DNA of 62,449 nt from a virus (taxonomy: Duplodnaviria; Caudoviricetes), in IMG/VR virus record IMGVR_UViG_3300030107_001678, positions 1 through 62,449 of that record; one strand, written 5' to 3'. Positions 1 to 9,628 of this stretch are shown here, piece after piece. The notes below the pieces were generated by a model that searched no databases, was not told the DNA's origin, and saw only the letters and a program-made list of their open reading frames with translations. Made by a program: the position numbers and the translations under genes. Numbering within the stretch: position 1 is the stretch's first letter; each line of letters starts with the position of its first letter.

Positions 1-628
1 GCTTTACGTCTTTATCGTCTGTCCAACGATTTACTCTTGCAACAACATCTATTGTACCATCGCCTTTATATGTATCATTGTGCAATGCAATAAAAGCGTT
101 CATATCACTAGCACCATCAATAGCATCACATATCGCTTTATGGTCGGTTCTTATTGATGCCATATATGTAACCACATCTGAAGGGATTGCAGTATCAGCA
201 GTAACTTTGCGTTGTATTAACCAATCAAAATCTTTAAGCAATCCATTAGCATCTGCTGTAGCTTTTCTTTTAGCTACAGTTTTTAAACCATAAACAATCA
301 TTTGATTGCCGTCTGCATCTTTTACTTTGTTACCATCTTCATCTACTGCATCTTCATCAACTAATTTTTTGTCGGCTGCTTTTTCTCCTATTGTTCTCAC
401 AACACTATTCTTATCGCCTGCTATAGCAAATTCTTCATCTTTTTCTATGTAATAAGCACTATTAAGAGATGTACCACTTGTCGTTATTGGTAATATTCCA
501 ATAGCTTTTCTTTCGGCATCTGTCCAAGCACTAAATAATGCTCTAGGGTGTCGAACATCATCTATTACCATTTCTTTTGGACTAGATATTATTTCTTCTA
601 TTTTATTACTTTTTACTAACGCCCACAT
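1..628 (-). CDS. Tail fibre-associated/assembly chaperone-like protein, copy A (3' end truncated by window edge)
   Basis: Not in ORF track. Read by hand from ATG at 628 (GGAG RBS upstream): MWALVKSNKIEEII...DWLIQRK...RVNRWTDD. Clear paralog of 60574..61197. Confidence 0.75.
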   Translation of the reverse strand, partial: MWALVKSNKIEEIISSPKEMVIDDVRHPRALFSAWTDAERKAIGILPITTSGTSLNSAYYIEKDEEFAIAGDKNSVVRTIGEKAADKKLVDEDAVDEDGNKVKDADGNQMIVYGLKTVAKRKATADANGLLKDFDWLIQRKVTADTAIPSDVVTYMASIRTDHKAICDAIDGASDMNAFIALHNDTYKGDGTIDVVARVNRWTDDKDVK

Positions 629-638
629 TGTTTTTCTC

Positions 639-3098
639 CTATCTTGCTGTTGCGTATTTAAATGGGTTATGTGCCATTGCTAAGTATATATAAGTTGCTC
701 CACTTGCATTCCAGTTTACTGCATCTCCACCTCTGGCTAACTTAAATCCATTTGAAAGAAAGTCGTTATAATCTGTACCATCTGTATATGCATCTTCTGC
801 CGCTGTACTATTTGGTACTAGCATATGGTATGCAGGATTATATGTATCTCTTGCATTATCTTCTATTCTCCAGTTATTTGAAGTTAATTTTTTCACCATA
901 ATCCATGCAGGTTTAAATCCTGTATAGACAAATGTACCATCAGAACCATCACCATTGCCAACGTATGATCCAGATTTAATATATCCTTCACAATTTGCAA
1001 AAACATAAGCAATCAAATCATTACCATTTTCATTTAAACCATCTGTATAATTTGTACTAAATACTGTTGAAGTAGGAGCAGACATTGAGCCATTTCCAGA
1101 TTTATCAGTTGATGCTCCTGTACTATTTAAATTCATTCCATAATTCCAATTAGTTTGCCCATCTGAAAATACCCACCAGTTTCCAGTTTTTTCTAAAGAT
1201 TTTGTAATAAATAGTGAAGGTGCTGTAGATAAACCATGTCCTACAGTTTCTACTCCAGATGAAGATAAACCTCCAGTATATTTAACTATAGAAAAACAAC
1301 CTGAAGGATCAACTTGAACAGTAGAATTTATATCTCCTTGAGTATTTGTAGATGTTGTTCCACCATTTGCTCTCCATGACCATGAAGCATAAGTATTACC
1401 AGATTGGTTATAATAAGTACCCATAGTATAACCAGTAGAACCAAATGCTGTTAATCCAGAAGATGTAGCTTCTGCATCAGTTTCATTTGAAATTAATATT
1501 TTAGTAGTTCCTCTTGTGCTATCCCACAAACCATTACTTTGACCACCATCTCGTCTTTTTACCCATACCAAGTCTGGTTGGAATCCAGTTGTAAAACTTC
1601 CTCCATTATTTCCAGAGTATGCTAAAGCAGTAAATGTTTTCTGTGGATAATTGTCATCAGTTTGTGCAGGATCAACTTCATCTGCTACTGGTTGATTACC
1701 AGAACATATTGCTAAAAATCCTGAAGGTACAGAATACTTAAAGTTACCATAACCTGTTCCATCACTATTTCCACCTGCTGTAACATTTCCAGCAAAAGTA
1801 CCATCTTGTCCAAAATTAAGAATTGTACTACATGGACCACTTCCTCCTGTATAACCCATATAACAAAAGAACTCTTCATCAAGACTAGATATATCTATAG
1901 TTCCTTGTCCAGCACCATTTTTATAAAACTGTAAAGTATCAGCAGTTCTATCAACAGCTATACTTATAATATCACCTTCAGCCCAAGTTGCACCATAAGA
2001 CGATCTAGTGCCTTTTAATATACTATTTCCATTAAGATTATAATAAACAAGTCCTAAATCATTTTGTTCTTGATTAATAGTAAGGTCAGTATTTGCAGGC
2101 ATAACTCCTATATACACTCCATGATCTGTAGCTATATCGTCAACATCAACTTCCCAATACCATTTACCAGTTACTGGAACTTGCCAATTAGTCATAATTC
2201 CATTATCATCTGAAGTTAATGTAGCTTTTAAATTACCTTCTGCAAGAGCTAAACCACTAGGTGGTTTTAATAAAGGATTGTATGTAGGAAAATTACCACC
2301 ATTAGAACTAGAGTTGAAGGTAGGACTATCTAGCATTTGATCGTGTGCTGCTGTTGATTCATAAGGAGTAAAATCATTATTATTACCAGAAGAATCATTA
2401 CCTAAATCAGAACTTGATTCAAATTTAAGATAATGTCCTGTGGTACCAAATGTTAATCCACTTGGATCTTTAGGAATCCACACACCATTTTTAGTTTCAC
2501 CAAAATCTCCAACAGCTTGAGCAGTTCCATCTATTAATACAATTTCAGCTAAATAACTATATAAAGTATAATTATTACCTGAATCATCACCATATCGTAT
2601 CGTATTAGCACCACACAAAACATTAGTTTGAGAAGCATCTGCTGGATAAGTTTCTGTATCAAATGCTGTTACTCTTTCACCATTTACATAAAGTTGTGCT
2701 CTATTACCTTGTGTTCCATTAGTAAAATCAAGAATACCTACTATATGATACCAAGCAGAAGCATCACGAAATACTTGTGTTGTTTCTAATTCAAATTTCA
2801 TAGCACCACCAACTTCACCTTGAAATTCTAATGTATCATCAGCTAAAAAAGTCATACGAACATAATTATTACCATCTGCATAAGCATGTAATATATATTG
2901 GTAAGCACCTATTTTATTTCTTTTAACCCAAAATGAAATACTAGAAGTTGTAGTAGAACCAGCAGATGATCTGCTTCTATCTAAATCTTGCACACCAGCA
3001 AATCTCATACTATTAGCTATTTGATGGCTATAGAAATCAGTACTTGCACTTGCTGCTGCTGCTGCAGCTCCCATTAAATTATTTTGAAATACACCCAT
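639..3098 (-). CDS. Tail fibre/receptor-binding protein copy A (LamG/ConA-like + SPRY + C-terminal repeats)
   Basis: SISFWVKR..WYHIV..LYVNGER (LamG-like); GKWYWEV..GDIISIAVD..FYKNG (SPRY); GFQPDLVWVKRR and GFKPAWIMVK repeats. Confidence 0.8.
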   Translation of the reverse strand: MGVFQNNLMGAAAAAASASTDFYSHQIANSMRFAGVQDLDRSRSSAGSTTTSSISFWVKRNKIGAYQYILHAYADGNNYVRMTFLADDTLEFQGEVGGAMKFELETTQVFRDASAWYHIVGILDFTNGTQGNRAQLYVNGERVTAFDTETYPADASQTNVLCGANTIRYGDDSGNNYTLYSYLAEIVLIDGTAQAVGDFGETKNGVWIPKDPSGLTFGTTGHYLKFESSSDLGNDSSGNNNDFTPYESTAAHDQMLDSPTFNSSSNGGNFPTYNPLLKPPSGLALAEGNLKATLTSDDNGIMTNWQVPVTGKWYWEVDVDDIATDHGVYIGVMPANTDLTINQEQNDLGLVYYNLNGNSILKGTRSSYGATWAEGDIISIAVDRTADTLQFYKNGAGQGTIDISSLDEEFFCYMGYTGGSGPCSTILNFGQDGTFAGNVTAGGNSDGTGYGNFKYSVPSGFLAICSGNQPVADEVDPAQTDDNYPQKTFTALAYSGNNGGSFTTGFQPDLVWVKRRDGGQSNGLWDSTRGTTKILISNETDAEATSSGLTAFGSTGYTMGTYYNQSGNTYASWSWRANGGTTSTNTQGDINSTVQVDPSGCFSIVKYTGGLSSSGVETVGHGLSTAPSLFITKSLEKTGNWWVFSDGQTNWNYGMNLNSTGASTDKSGNGSMSAPTSTVFSTNYTDGLNENGNDLIAYVFANCEGYIKSGSYVGNGDGSDGTFVYTGFKPAWIMVKKLTSNNWRIEDNARDTYNPAYHMLVPNSTAAEDAYTDGTDYNDFLSNGFKLARGGDAVNWNASGATYIYLAMAHNPFKYATAR

Positions 3099-5557
3099 TA
3101 TGCATACGCCTGTGAAATTATCATTTGAATATCTCCACCTACTCCATCACTTGAAGCAGATACTACTATATAATCTAATCTATCTACAGCACCATTAGCT
3201 GTTGACATGGTTGGATCTGTACCACCTATAAACTTAAAGTCTGCGTGATAAGCCATTGTACCACTACCACCTTGTTGAGTTAAGAAAATACTACCTGTTT
3301 GTCCTGATCTACAACCAATAGGTTGTGCTAAAGTATGAGCTGCAGTAACTGATGTTCTAAAGTTTTGACATGCACCAAAGTTTAATGATACAGAAGTTAC
3401 ACCATTAATAGCTGTTGCACATACAACTGCTGCTGCACTTTTTGTTAATTGTAATTGTCCTTCTAAACTTGTATTACCTGATACTCTTACAGTACCTAAG
3501 AATCCTGAATTACCTGCTATTGTTGTAGTACTACCTACTTTTAATGTTCCTGTAAGTGTTGTATTACCAGCTACTGTTAAAGTACTAGCAAGATGTACAG
3601 CTCCTCCAACAGATAGTGTACCTCCAACACTTGCATTACCTGCTACAGTTGCAGTACCACCTACAGCTAAATTACCTACAAGTACTGTATTACCTGATAC
3701 ACAAACATCATCATCAAACTCTGCCTTACCTACACCAGTAAATGTACCACCTACACCTAAATTACCTGTCATAGTAGTATTACCTGCTATAGTTACAGTA
3801 GATGCAAAAGTTGCTGCACCTCCTACTTTAAGAGTTCCAGTTAGTGTTGTATTTCCTGCAACTGTCAAAGTCGAAGCAAGATGTGTTGCTCCTCCTACAC
3901 TTAATGTACCTCCTACAGATGCATTACCTGCTATTGTAGCTGTACCACCAACTGCAAGATTTCCTACAAGAATACTATTACCTGATACACATACATCATC
4001 ATCAAACTCTGCTTTACCTCCAACTACAAGAGTACTTGCCATACTTACTGCATCTTGTAAATGAGTTTCTCCAGCTACTGTTGCAGTACTAGCAAATGTA
4101 GCAGCTCCTCCAACTTTAAGAGTACCTGTCATAGTAGTATTACCTGCAACTGTTAATGTTGAAGCTAGATGTGTAGCTCCTCCTACACTAAGAGTACCAC
4201 CTACTGAAGCATTTCCTGCAACTGTAGCTGTACCTCCTACTGCCAAGTTTCCTACTAATACTGTATTTCCAGAAACACATACATCATCATCAAATTCAGC
4301 TTTTCCTACAGCAGTAAATGTACCACCAACTCCTAAGTTAGCAGTTAATGTTGTATTACCTACAATAGTTGCAGTACCTCCTACATAAAGAGTACCTCCT
4401 ATTGTAGCATTATTAACTGATATATTTCCTGATATACCTCCTGCAGGTACATTTGTTAAATTAGCACCATCTCCATAAAAAGCACTAGCACAAACTCTAG
4501 CATTAGGAGCTTGGACATTAGTTCCACCTATTGTTACTGTACCACCTATAGATACATTACTAGCTATTGTGGCTGTACCTCCAATATTTACATTACCTGA
4601 TACAGAAACATCATCTTCAAATTCAGCTTTACCTGTTATATTTGAAGTACCTCCAATAGATACATTACTTGCTACTGTTAATGTACTAGCTAAATTTACA
4701 GCACCTCCTACACCAAGTGTACCTGTTAAAGTTGTATTACCTGCAACTGTTAGTGTAGATGCTAGATTAACAGCTCCACCTACATTAAGTGTTCCTGTCA
4801 TAGTTGTATTACCTGCAACAGTTAATGTAGATGCTAAATGTGTAGCACCACCAACTGATAATGTACCACCTACTGAAGCATTACCTGCTACTGTGGCTGT
4901 GCCACCAATATTTAAATTTCCAGAAACAGATACATCATCTTCAAATTCTGCTTTACCAGTTATATTAGATGTACCACCTATAGAAACATTACTTGCAACA
5001 GTTAATGTACTTGCCAGATTAACAGCTCCACCAACTCCAAGAGTTCCTGTTAATGTTGTATTACCTGCTACAGTTAAAGTACTTGCAAGATGTGTAGCAC
5101 CTCCTACTGATAAAGTTCCACCTATAGTAGTATTACCTGATACTCTAACAGTTCCTAAGAATCCTGCAGCTCCTGATACTGTAGCTGTACTTAAAAGATT
5201 TACAGCTCCTCCTACAGATAAAGCTCCACCAATAGTTGCATCATTTGTAACTCTTAATGTAGATACAGATACATCTCCTGATGCAGGAACATTAGTTAAA
5301 TTAGAACCATCTCCATAGAAAGCTGATGCACATACTTTACTACCTACTAAAAGATTACCAGATACTGAAGCATCTTCTGATACTCCAAAGTTACCTGCAA
5401 CTTGTATTACACTTGTAGATATTTGTAATGCTGAATTAGTACCATCACCTGTTTGCACTTGTGTTAAATCACCTGTAACACCAGTATTAGTACTTACAGC
5501 CATTTTTAATAGCTGCTTATAACTTTGTGATATTTGTTTTCCTGTAAGTTTTGTCAT
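3098..5557 (-). CDS. Long repetitive beta-structured fibre protein
   Basis: Many tandem ASTLTVAGNTT(L/M)TGTLxVGG and GKAEF(D/E)DDV(C/S)VSGN repeats. C-terminal domain resembles that of 59301..60224. Probable start MTKLTG at 5557. Confidence 0.75.
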   Translation of the reverse strand: MTKLTGKQISQSYKQLLKMAVSTNTGVTGDLTQVQTGDGTNSALQISTSVIQVAGNFGVSEDASVSGNLLVGSKVCASAFYGDGSNLTNVPASGDVSVSTLRVTNDATIGGALSVGGAVNLLSTATVSGAAGFLGTVRVSGNTTIGGTLSVGGATHLASTLTVAGNTTLTGTLGVGGAVNLASTLTVASNVSIGGTSNITGKAEFEDDVSVSGNLNIGGTATVAGNASVGGTLSVGGATHLASTLTVAGNTTMTGTLNVGGAVNLASTLTVAGNTTLTGTLGVGGAVNLASTLTVASNVSIGGTSNITGKAEFEDDVSVSGNVNIGGTATIASNVSIGGTVTIGGTNVQAPNARVCASAFYGDGANLTNVPAGGISGNISVNNATIGGTLYVGGTATIVGNTTLTANLGVGGTFTAVGKAEFDDDVCVSGNTVLVGNLAVGGTATVAGNASVGGTLSVGGATHLASTLTVAGNTTMTGTLKVGGAATFASTATVAGETHLQDAVSMASTLVVGGKAEFDDDVCVSGNSILVGNLAVGGTATIAGNASVGGTLSVGGATHLASTLTVAGNTTLTGTLKVGGAATFASTVTIAGNTTMTGNLGVGGTFTGVGKAEFDDDVCVSGNTVLVGNLAVGGTATVAGNASVGGTLSVGGAVHLASTLTVAGNTTLTGTLKVGSTTTIAGNSGFLGTVRVSGNTSLEGQLQLTKSAAAVVCATAINGVTSVSLNFGACQNFRTSVTAAHTLAQPIGCRSGQTGSIFLTQQGGSGTMAYHADFKFIGGTDPTMSTANGAVDRLDYIVVSASSDGVGGDIQMIISQAYA

Positions 5558-5829
5558 ATTGTTTGCCACCATTTATCTTCATCTTCCCAATTTACAGCAA
5601 CATTCTGCCATTCAAGGTTTCTGCCACCTATATCAGGTCGAGGATTTCTAATTGTTACATCATCTCTTACATCTGGTACTTTATTTTGAGGATGATTCTT
5701 AAAGTCATATGCACCATCCCAACATTCAGGACAAGTAACCATATTATAACTATTTAATTTCATTACTCTATGTGCATATACAAAACCACATGTATCACAC
5801 ATAGCTAAAGCATTTTTATTGGAAGCCAT
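5554..5829 (-). CDS. Small CxxC...CxxC virion-module protein
   Basis: CDTCGF...CPECWD..HPQ..RNPRPD; overlaps neighbouring genes. Confidence 0.6.
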   Translation of the reverse strand: MASNKNALAMCDTCGFVYAHRVMKLNSYNMVTCPECWDGAYDFKNHPQNKVPDVRDDVTIRNPRPDIGGRNLEWQNVAVNWEDEDKWWQTI

Positions 5830-6509
5830 TAAACATATCCTATTTTAGGTTTAAAATAGATACTAGCCCTTTCTCGATCTTCCTCCATTGCTCTCATTAA
5901 TTTTTCTTCATAATTCATTTTTAACATTTGTATTCTATCAACAGGAATACCAGGTCTTTTCATAGCCATATAATAAGATAATCCACAAGTTAAAGCTGGT
6001 AAAAATCTTACTGGTACATCTGCGTTTTGATCTGCAGATTTATTTACATCTTCTAATTGTCTAATACCTTCTACTTTTAAAACACCTGTAGAATTATCTG
6101 GAACAGGATAAAGATGTATTGTAGGATTATCTACATTACGTTTAATACTATATTGAGAAGGTCTACCTGTTTGTGATTTATTTGGAATAACATTATATTC
6201 TTCAAAAGATATTCTTTCTAATGCTAAATCAGAACTACTTGTATTTGCTGCATAAGTAACTTCTAATGCATCTGTAACTGAATCAGCTAATGCATATGTT
6301 GTTGTACTTGATGCTACAGTAACAGCAGTTGTAAATGTAGTCCATAATAAAACACCTCTATTCTGCCAGTCATTTAACATTAAATTAATAGAACGTCTAG
6401 CAGATTTAGGAGTATGTCCAAGTGTTTCTTCGCCACCAATCATTTCAGTAGCTTCTTGAATTACTTCATCAATATCTAAATTAAAATTATATGTACCTGA
6501 TCTAGCCAT
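5829..6509 (-). CDS. Head-tail connector/adaptor protein
   Basis: ARRSINLM..WQNRG, GRPSQY, LYPVPD motifs typical of podovirus adaptors. Confidence 0.6.
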   Translation of the reverse strand: MARSGTYNFNLDIDEVIQEATEMIGGEETLGHTPKSARRSINLMLNDWQNRGVLLWTTFTTAVTVASSTTTYALADSVTDALEVTYAANTSSSDLALERISFEEYNVIPNKSQTGRPSQYSIKRNVDNPTIHLYPVPDNSTGVLKVEGIRQLEDVNKSADQNADVPVRFLPALTCGLSYYMAMKRPGIPVDRIQMLKMNYEEKLMRAMEEDRERASIYFKPKIGYV

Positions 6510-6946
6510 TATTTTTTAACTAAACTCCCTCCAAAATATAATCCAATTATTGCTGACATTAAATGTGTATCAAGTGGTGTAATAATAACACCATTAAATA
6601 CTTTGTCCATAACAACTTCTTTCTTATCTATTAAGAACCAAAAACCAGGTTCAAACTCTGTCCATGTAAGAACAACATTTACATCAGTAAATACTGGAAC
6701 TAACTTTGGAAATGCAATAATAAAAAATACTGCTGTTAATGCAATAATTCTTCGTGTCCATTGGAATCCTTTATTATCATACTCTCTTGCTTTGTTAATT
6801 TCATCCATTTGAAACTTACCTCTAGCAAGAAGCATCTTTTGTTGATTAGCTCTTTCTTTTGCTTTCTGTCCCCAGATAGTCATCATACCACCTAGTAAAC
6901 TAGAACCCAGCATTGTCAACATTTCAACAGGTAAACCAGCTAACAT
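6509..6946 (-). CDS. Membrane protein, putative holin
   Basis: Three hydrophobic segments, WTRR, C-terminal IIGLYFGG. Confidence 0.5.
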   Translation of the reverse strand: MLAGLPVEMLTMLGSSLLGGMMTIWGQKAKERANQQKMLLARGKFQMDEINKAREYDNKGFQWTRRIIALTAVFFIIAFPKLVPVFTDVNVVLTWTEFEPGFWFLIDKKEVVMDKVFNGVIITPLDTHLMSAIIGLYFGGSLVKK

Positions 6947-6956
6947 AAATTAACTC

Positions 6957-7127
6957 CTATTTTTTCTTTTCACTCATCCAAAATCCTGCAGCACCTGCAA
7001 TACCACAACCTATTAGACATAGCATTTGCCATGTAGAATTAGGAACTATAATACCACACATAGCTAATATAGCTGCTATTCCAGAATATGATGATGGTTC
7101 TTTTAGTCTTGCTTTTATTTTATCCAT
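6957..7127 (-). CDS. Small 2-TM membrane protein (holin-like), 56 aa
   Basis: Not in ORF track: MDKIKARLKEPSSYSGIAAILAMCGII...GAAGFWMSEKKK, with AGGAG RBS. Confidence 0.6.
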   Translation of the reverse strand: MDKIKARLKEPSSYSGIAAILAMCGIIVPNSTWQMLCLIGCGIAGAAGFWMSEKKK

Positions 7128-7132
7128 TTTAA

Positions 7133-7387
7133 TTACTCCTTATTTTTAAAATATTTATTACCTTCTAGATTTCGTAAATGTGTATTAGGTGAGAAAGAAG
7201 TTTTTGCTGCAGATGGGTTTAAAAGCTTATATAATTTTGCTACAAAATTTTGTCCACTATTATCTATTTTACCCCCTCCAGATCTTTTCTTTACTTTATA
7301 CATATTTTCCTCCTTTTTAAATTTTTTATAAACTTCTGGTTCATTAATAGCTAAATAAGTTTTTTGTTTTTTAGATTTAAAAGGCAC
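7133..7387 (-). CDS. Small basic protein (MPFKSKKQ type) with GG tag
   Basis: Lys-rich; KKRSGGGKID. Confidence 0.55.
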   Translation of the reverse strand: MPFKSKKQKTYLAINEPEVYKKFKKEENMYKVKKRSGGGKIDNSGQNFVAKLYKLLNPSAAKTSFSPNTHLRNLEGNKYFKNKE

Positions 7388-8127
7388 TATTTATATCCTT
7401 TACCATAGCCACGTAGTGCAGCTCCTACTCCTCTAGGTGTTCCTATTTGTCCACCATATTTTTTATTAACAACTTTATCTTTAGATATGTCTGCCATTTC
7501 AGATTTAGTCATACCTTGATAAACAGATTTTCTATCTTTAACTTTTTTAGGTATTTTTATTTTTTGTCCAGGTTTTATTTTATTAAGATCTTTTATTTCA
7601 GGATTTGCTTCTTTTACAGCTTTTAAAGTTGTACCATGATCCCTAGCTATTTCTGAAAGAGTATCTCCTTTTTTAACTGTATATTTACTATCTTTATCTT
7701 TACCTAATAATAAAGTAGCTAAAATAGTACCAGTACCACCATACACACCTACTTTTGTACCTACTCTACGAATATCTCTTTTAAAAACTTTATTTGCTAT
7801 ATCTGCCCATTTTTTATCACTCATGGATTTTCGCATACGACCATATACAGGTGTTCCTTTTTTACTTAATCTTCCTTTTCGTGGTTTTACACCTCCTTGA
7901 ACAGAACTAACTCTTCTACCATAACCAGGTAAAGTTTTAATTTGTCCTTTTTCAACCATATTACTTATAAGTTTTTCTGCTATAACCATACGATCAGAAG
8001 ATTTTTTTGTTTTATTAGCAGGAAGTTTTCGCAAATCTCGTATAATATTCTTAATCCACTCTTTAGCTCCTCCTGATTCTTTAATTGGGTTTATTATTTC
8101 TTTAGCAATATCTGTTTTCTTGCCCAT
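7387..8127 (-). CDS. LysM-domain basic protein
   Basis: YTVKKGDTLSEIARDHGTT..IKPGQKIKIP is a canonical LysM; preceded by a hydrophobic stretch; KKYGGQIG near the C-terminus. Confidence 0.85.
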   Translation of the reverse strand: MGKKTDIAKEIINPIKESGGAKEWIKNIIRDLRKLPANKTKKSSDRMVIAEKLISNMVEKGQIKTLPGYGRRVSSVQGGVKPRKGRLSKKGTPVYGRMRKSMSDKKWADIANKVFKRDIRRVGTKVGVYGGTGTILATLLLGKDKDSKYTVKKGDTLSEIARDHGTTLKAVKEANPEIKDLNKIKPGQKIKIPKKVKDRKSVYQGMTKSEMADISKDKVVNKKYGGQIGTPRGVGAALRGYGKGYK

Positions 8128-8331
8128 TTATTTTACTCCTATATTAGGCACTTCATTTAAGTTAGTAGAAAAAGATTCTCCTTCAGAATACTTTTCATCT
8201 GTTACAGCTTCTATAGGACCACCATGAACTTGAGGTCCTTTACGAGCAGCTCCAAAACCTTGACCAGTTGGTTTCCCATTTATCTCTTCAAGTTTTGCAG
8301 GTCTTTGCAGTATTGTATGTGGTCCTAACAT
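8128..8331 (-). CDS. Hypothetical protein
   Basis: In operon; GFGAARKG and HGGPI motifs. Confidence 0.5.
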   Translation of the reverse strand: MLGPHTILQRPAKLEEINGKPTGQGFGAARKGPQVHGGPIEAVTDEKYSEGESFSTNLNEVPNIGVK

Positions 8332-8411
8332 TTTATTTTTTTCCTTTTCTTTTTTTTGTTTTTATTTTTTGATTTAGTTATTTGTTGTCTAATACTAGCT
8401 CTATTTACCAT
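8325..8411 (-). CDS. 28-aa basic peptide with capsid-like N-terminus
   Basis: MVNRASIRQQITKSKNKTKKKKRKKIKC; fills the gap and overlaps both neighbours. Confidence 0.45.
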   Translation of the reverse strand: MVNRASIRQQITKSKNKNKKKKRKKIKC

Positions 8412-8616
8412 ATCTAGCTTTTCCCCAACCTCTAGGTTTTTTCTTAGTTTTTTTTCTTTTTCTTTTATTTTTTATTTGTCCACCTGTTTTATTTGGTTTT
8501 AAATTTTTTGTTTTAAATAATTCAAGTTGCATCATTTCTTTATCAATAATATCTATTATATTCCCATCTTCGTCTAAAACTAAAATTTGGTCTTCATTAT
8601 CATTATCGTTAGCCAT
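8401..8616 (-). CDS. Small acidic/basic protein with GG tag
   Basis: NKTGGQIK...RGWGKARYGK. Confidence 0.5.
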   Translation of the reverse strand: MANDNDNEDQILVLDEDGNIIDIIDKEMMQLELFKTKNLKPNKTGGQIKNKRKRKKTKKKPRGWGKARYGK

Positions 8617-9296
8617 TAGTTAGCACCTTGTAAAACTGGATTAGGACCACCAGCAGGACTCGCTGGACTTTCCATATCATCCTGTCTAGTACGTCTAGCT
8701 TGATTACGTAAACCATCTATGGAATTTTTATACTTACCTTCCCAAGCAGCAAGTGTATTAAAATCTTTTATAAAATAATTAGCTTCAATCATACATGCTG
8801 AAAATAAAGCATTATAACAAAACTCACTAAAGTAATTAGAAGTTGTTGCACTTGTACCTGTTGCACTTGATAAAGCTAATGGTCTTTTTGTATATTGAAT
8901 TTCTCCTGTTAATGTTGATGCAGGAGTAGGTACTATATAAATTGATGTATTATTTTTTCGTGCATAATATCTAGGAGTACCAGTAGATGCACTTGCATAT
9001 CCCCAAAAATCTATAGCATATTCATAAGACCTTTGTAGTAAAGGAGTTATATTAGATGAAACACTTGTTTTAAAATTTACATTACGTATAACTAATGCTC
9101 CAGCAGGTAAACTTACTACTGGATCTGAAGCTGTAAATGTAAATGAAGAATAATAATCAAGACCTGCATCATCTAATTCTTTTGTTAAACGATCTTCAGC
9201 TTTTTCAATTATATAAGGAATATGATCTGAAAACTCTGTTGAATTATTCTCTATTGTATTTATAATGTCATCTTTAAGATAAGAATAAGCTGGCAT
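8616..9296 (-). CDS. Head-tail adaptor/tail tubular-like protein
   Basis: GTPRYYA..IYIVPTP motifs; downstream of capsid gene. Confidence 0.6.
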   Translation of the reverse strand: MPAYSYLKDDIINTIENNSTEFSDHIPYIIEKAEDRLTKELDDAGLDYYSSFTFTASDPVVSLPAGALVIRNVNFKTSVSSNITPLLQRSYEYAIDFWGYASASTGTPRYYARKNNTSIYIVPTPASTLTGEIQYTKRPLALSSATGTSATTSNYFSEFCYNALFSACMIEANYFIKDFNTLAAWEGKYKNSIDGLRNQARRTRQDDMESPASPAGGPNPVLQGAN

Positions 9297-9300
9297 GTAA

Positions 9301-9570
9301 TTATCCTAATAATAAAGTTACGCCACCATTAGCACCTGGAGCTGAACAACATACTGTTGCATCACACCTAATACCCATTTCTCCTATATAAATATCTGCT
9401 TGTCCACTTGCAGGAACTTGAAATTTTATTTTACTTCCACCACTATCAGAAATATCAAAAGTTCCATTAACTGTAGAATATACATGAATACCTAGAATAC
9501 GAGAAGTATTAGATGTTGTAACAATAACACCAGTACCTGCTAAAAATTTTGATGTAATATTTGTTGCCAT
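9301..9570 (-). CDS. Small beta-rich virion protein
   Basis: AAGGA RBS; directly after capsid gene. Confidence 0.5.
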   Translation of the reverse strand: MATNITSKFLAGTGVIVTTSNTSRILGIHVYSTVNGTFDISDSGGSKIKFQVPASGQADIYIGEMGIRCDATVCCSAPGANGGVTLLLG

Positions 9571-9591
9571 ATTTTTTCCTTTATATAGTTA

Positions 9592-9619
9592 GAGGGAGAA
9601 TAATTTCTTACTCTCCCTC
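9592..9619 (-). terminator. Stem-loop after major capsid gene
   Basis: GAGGGAGA...TCTCCCTC inverted repeat 10 nt past the capsid stop. Confidence 0.55.
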
Positions 9620-9628
9620 ATATACTAA

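Noticed and set aside
78-293. 71-aa plus-strand ORF
   Set aside because: Antisense to the real minus-strand gene 1..628.
4569-5318. 249-aa plus-strand ORF
   Set aside because: Antisense shadow of the repetitive fibre gene.
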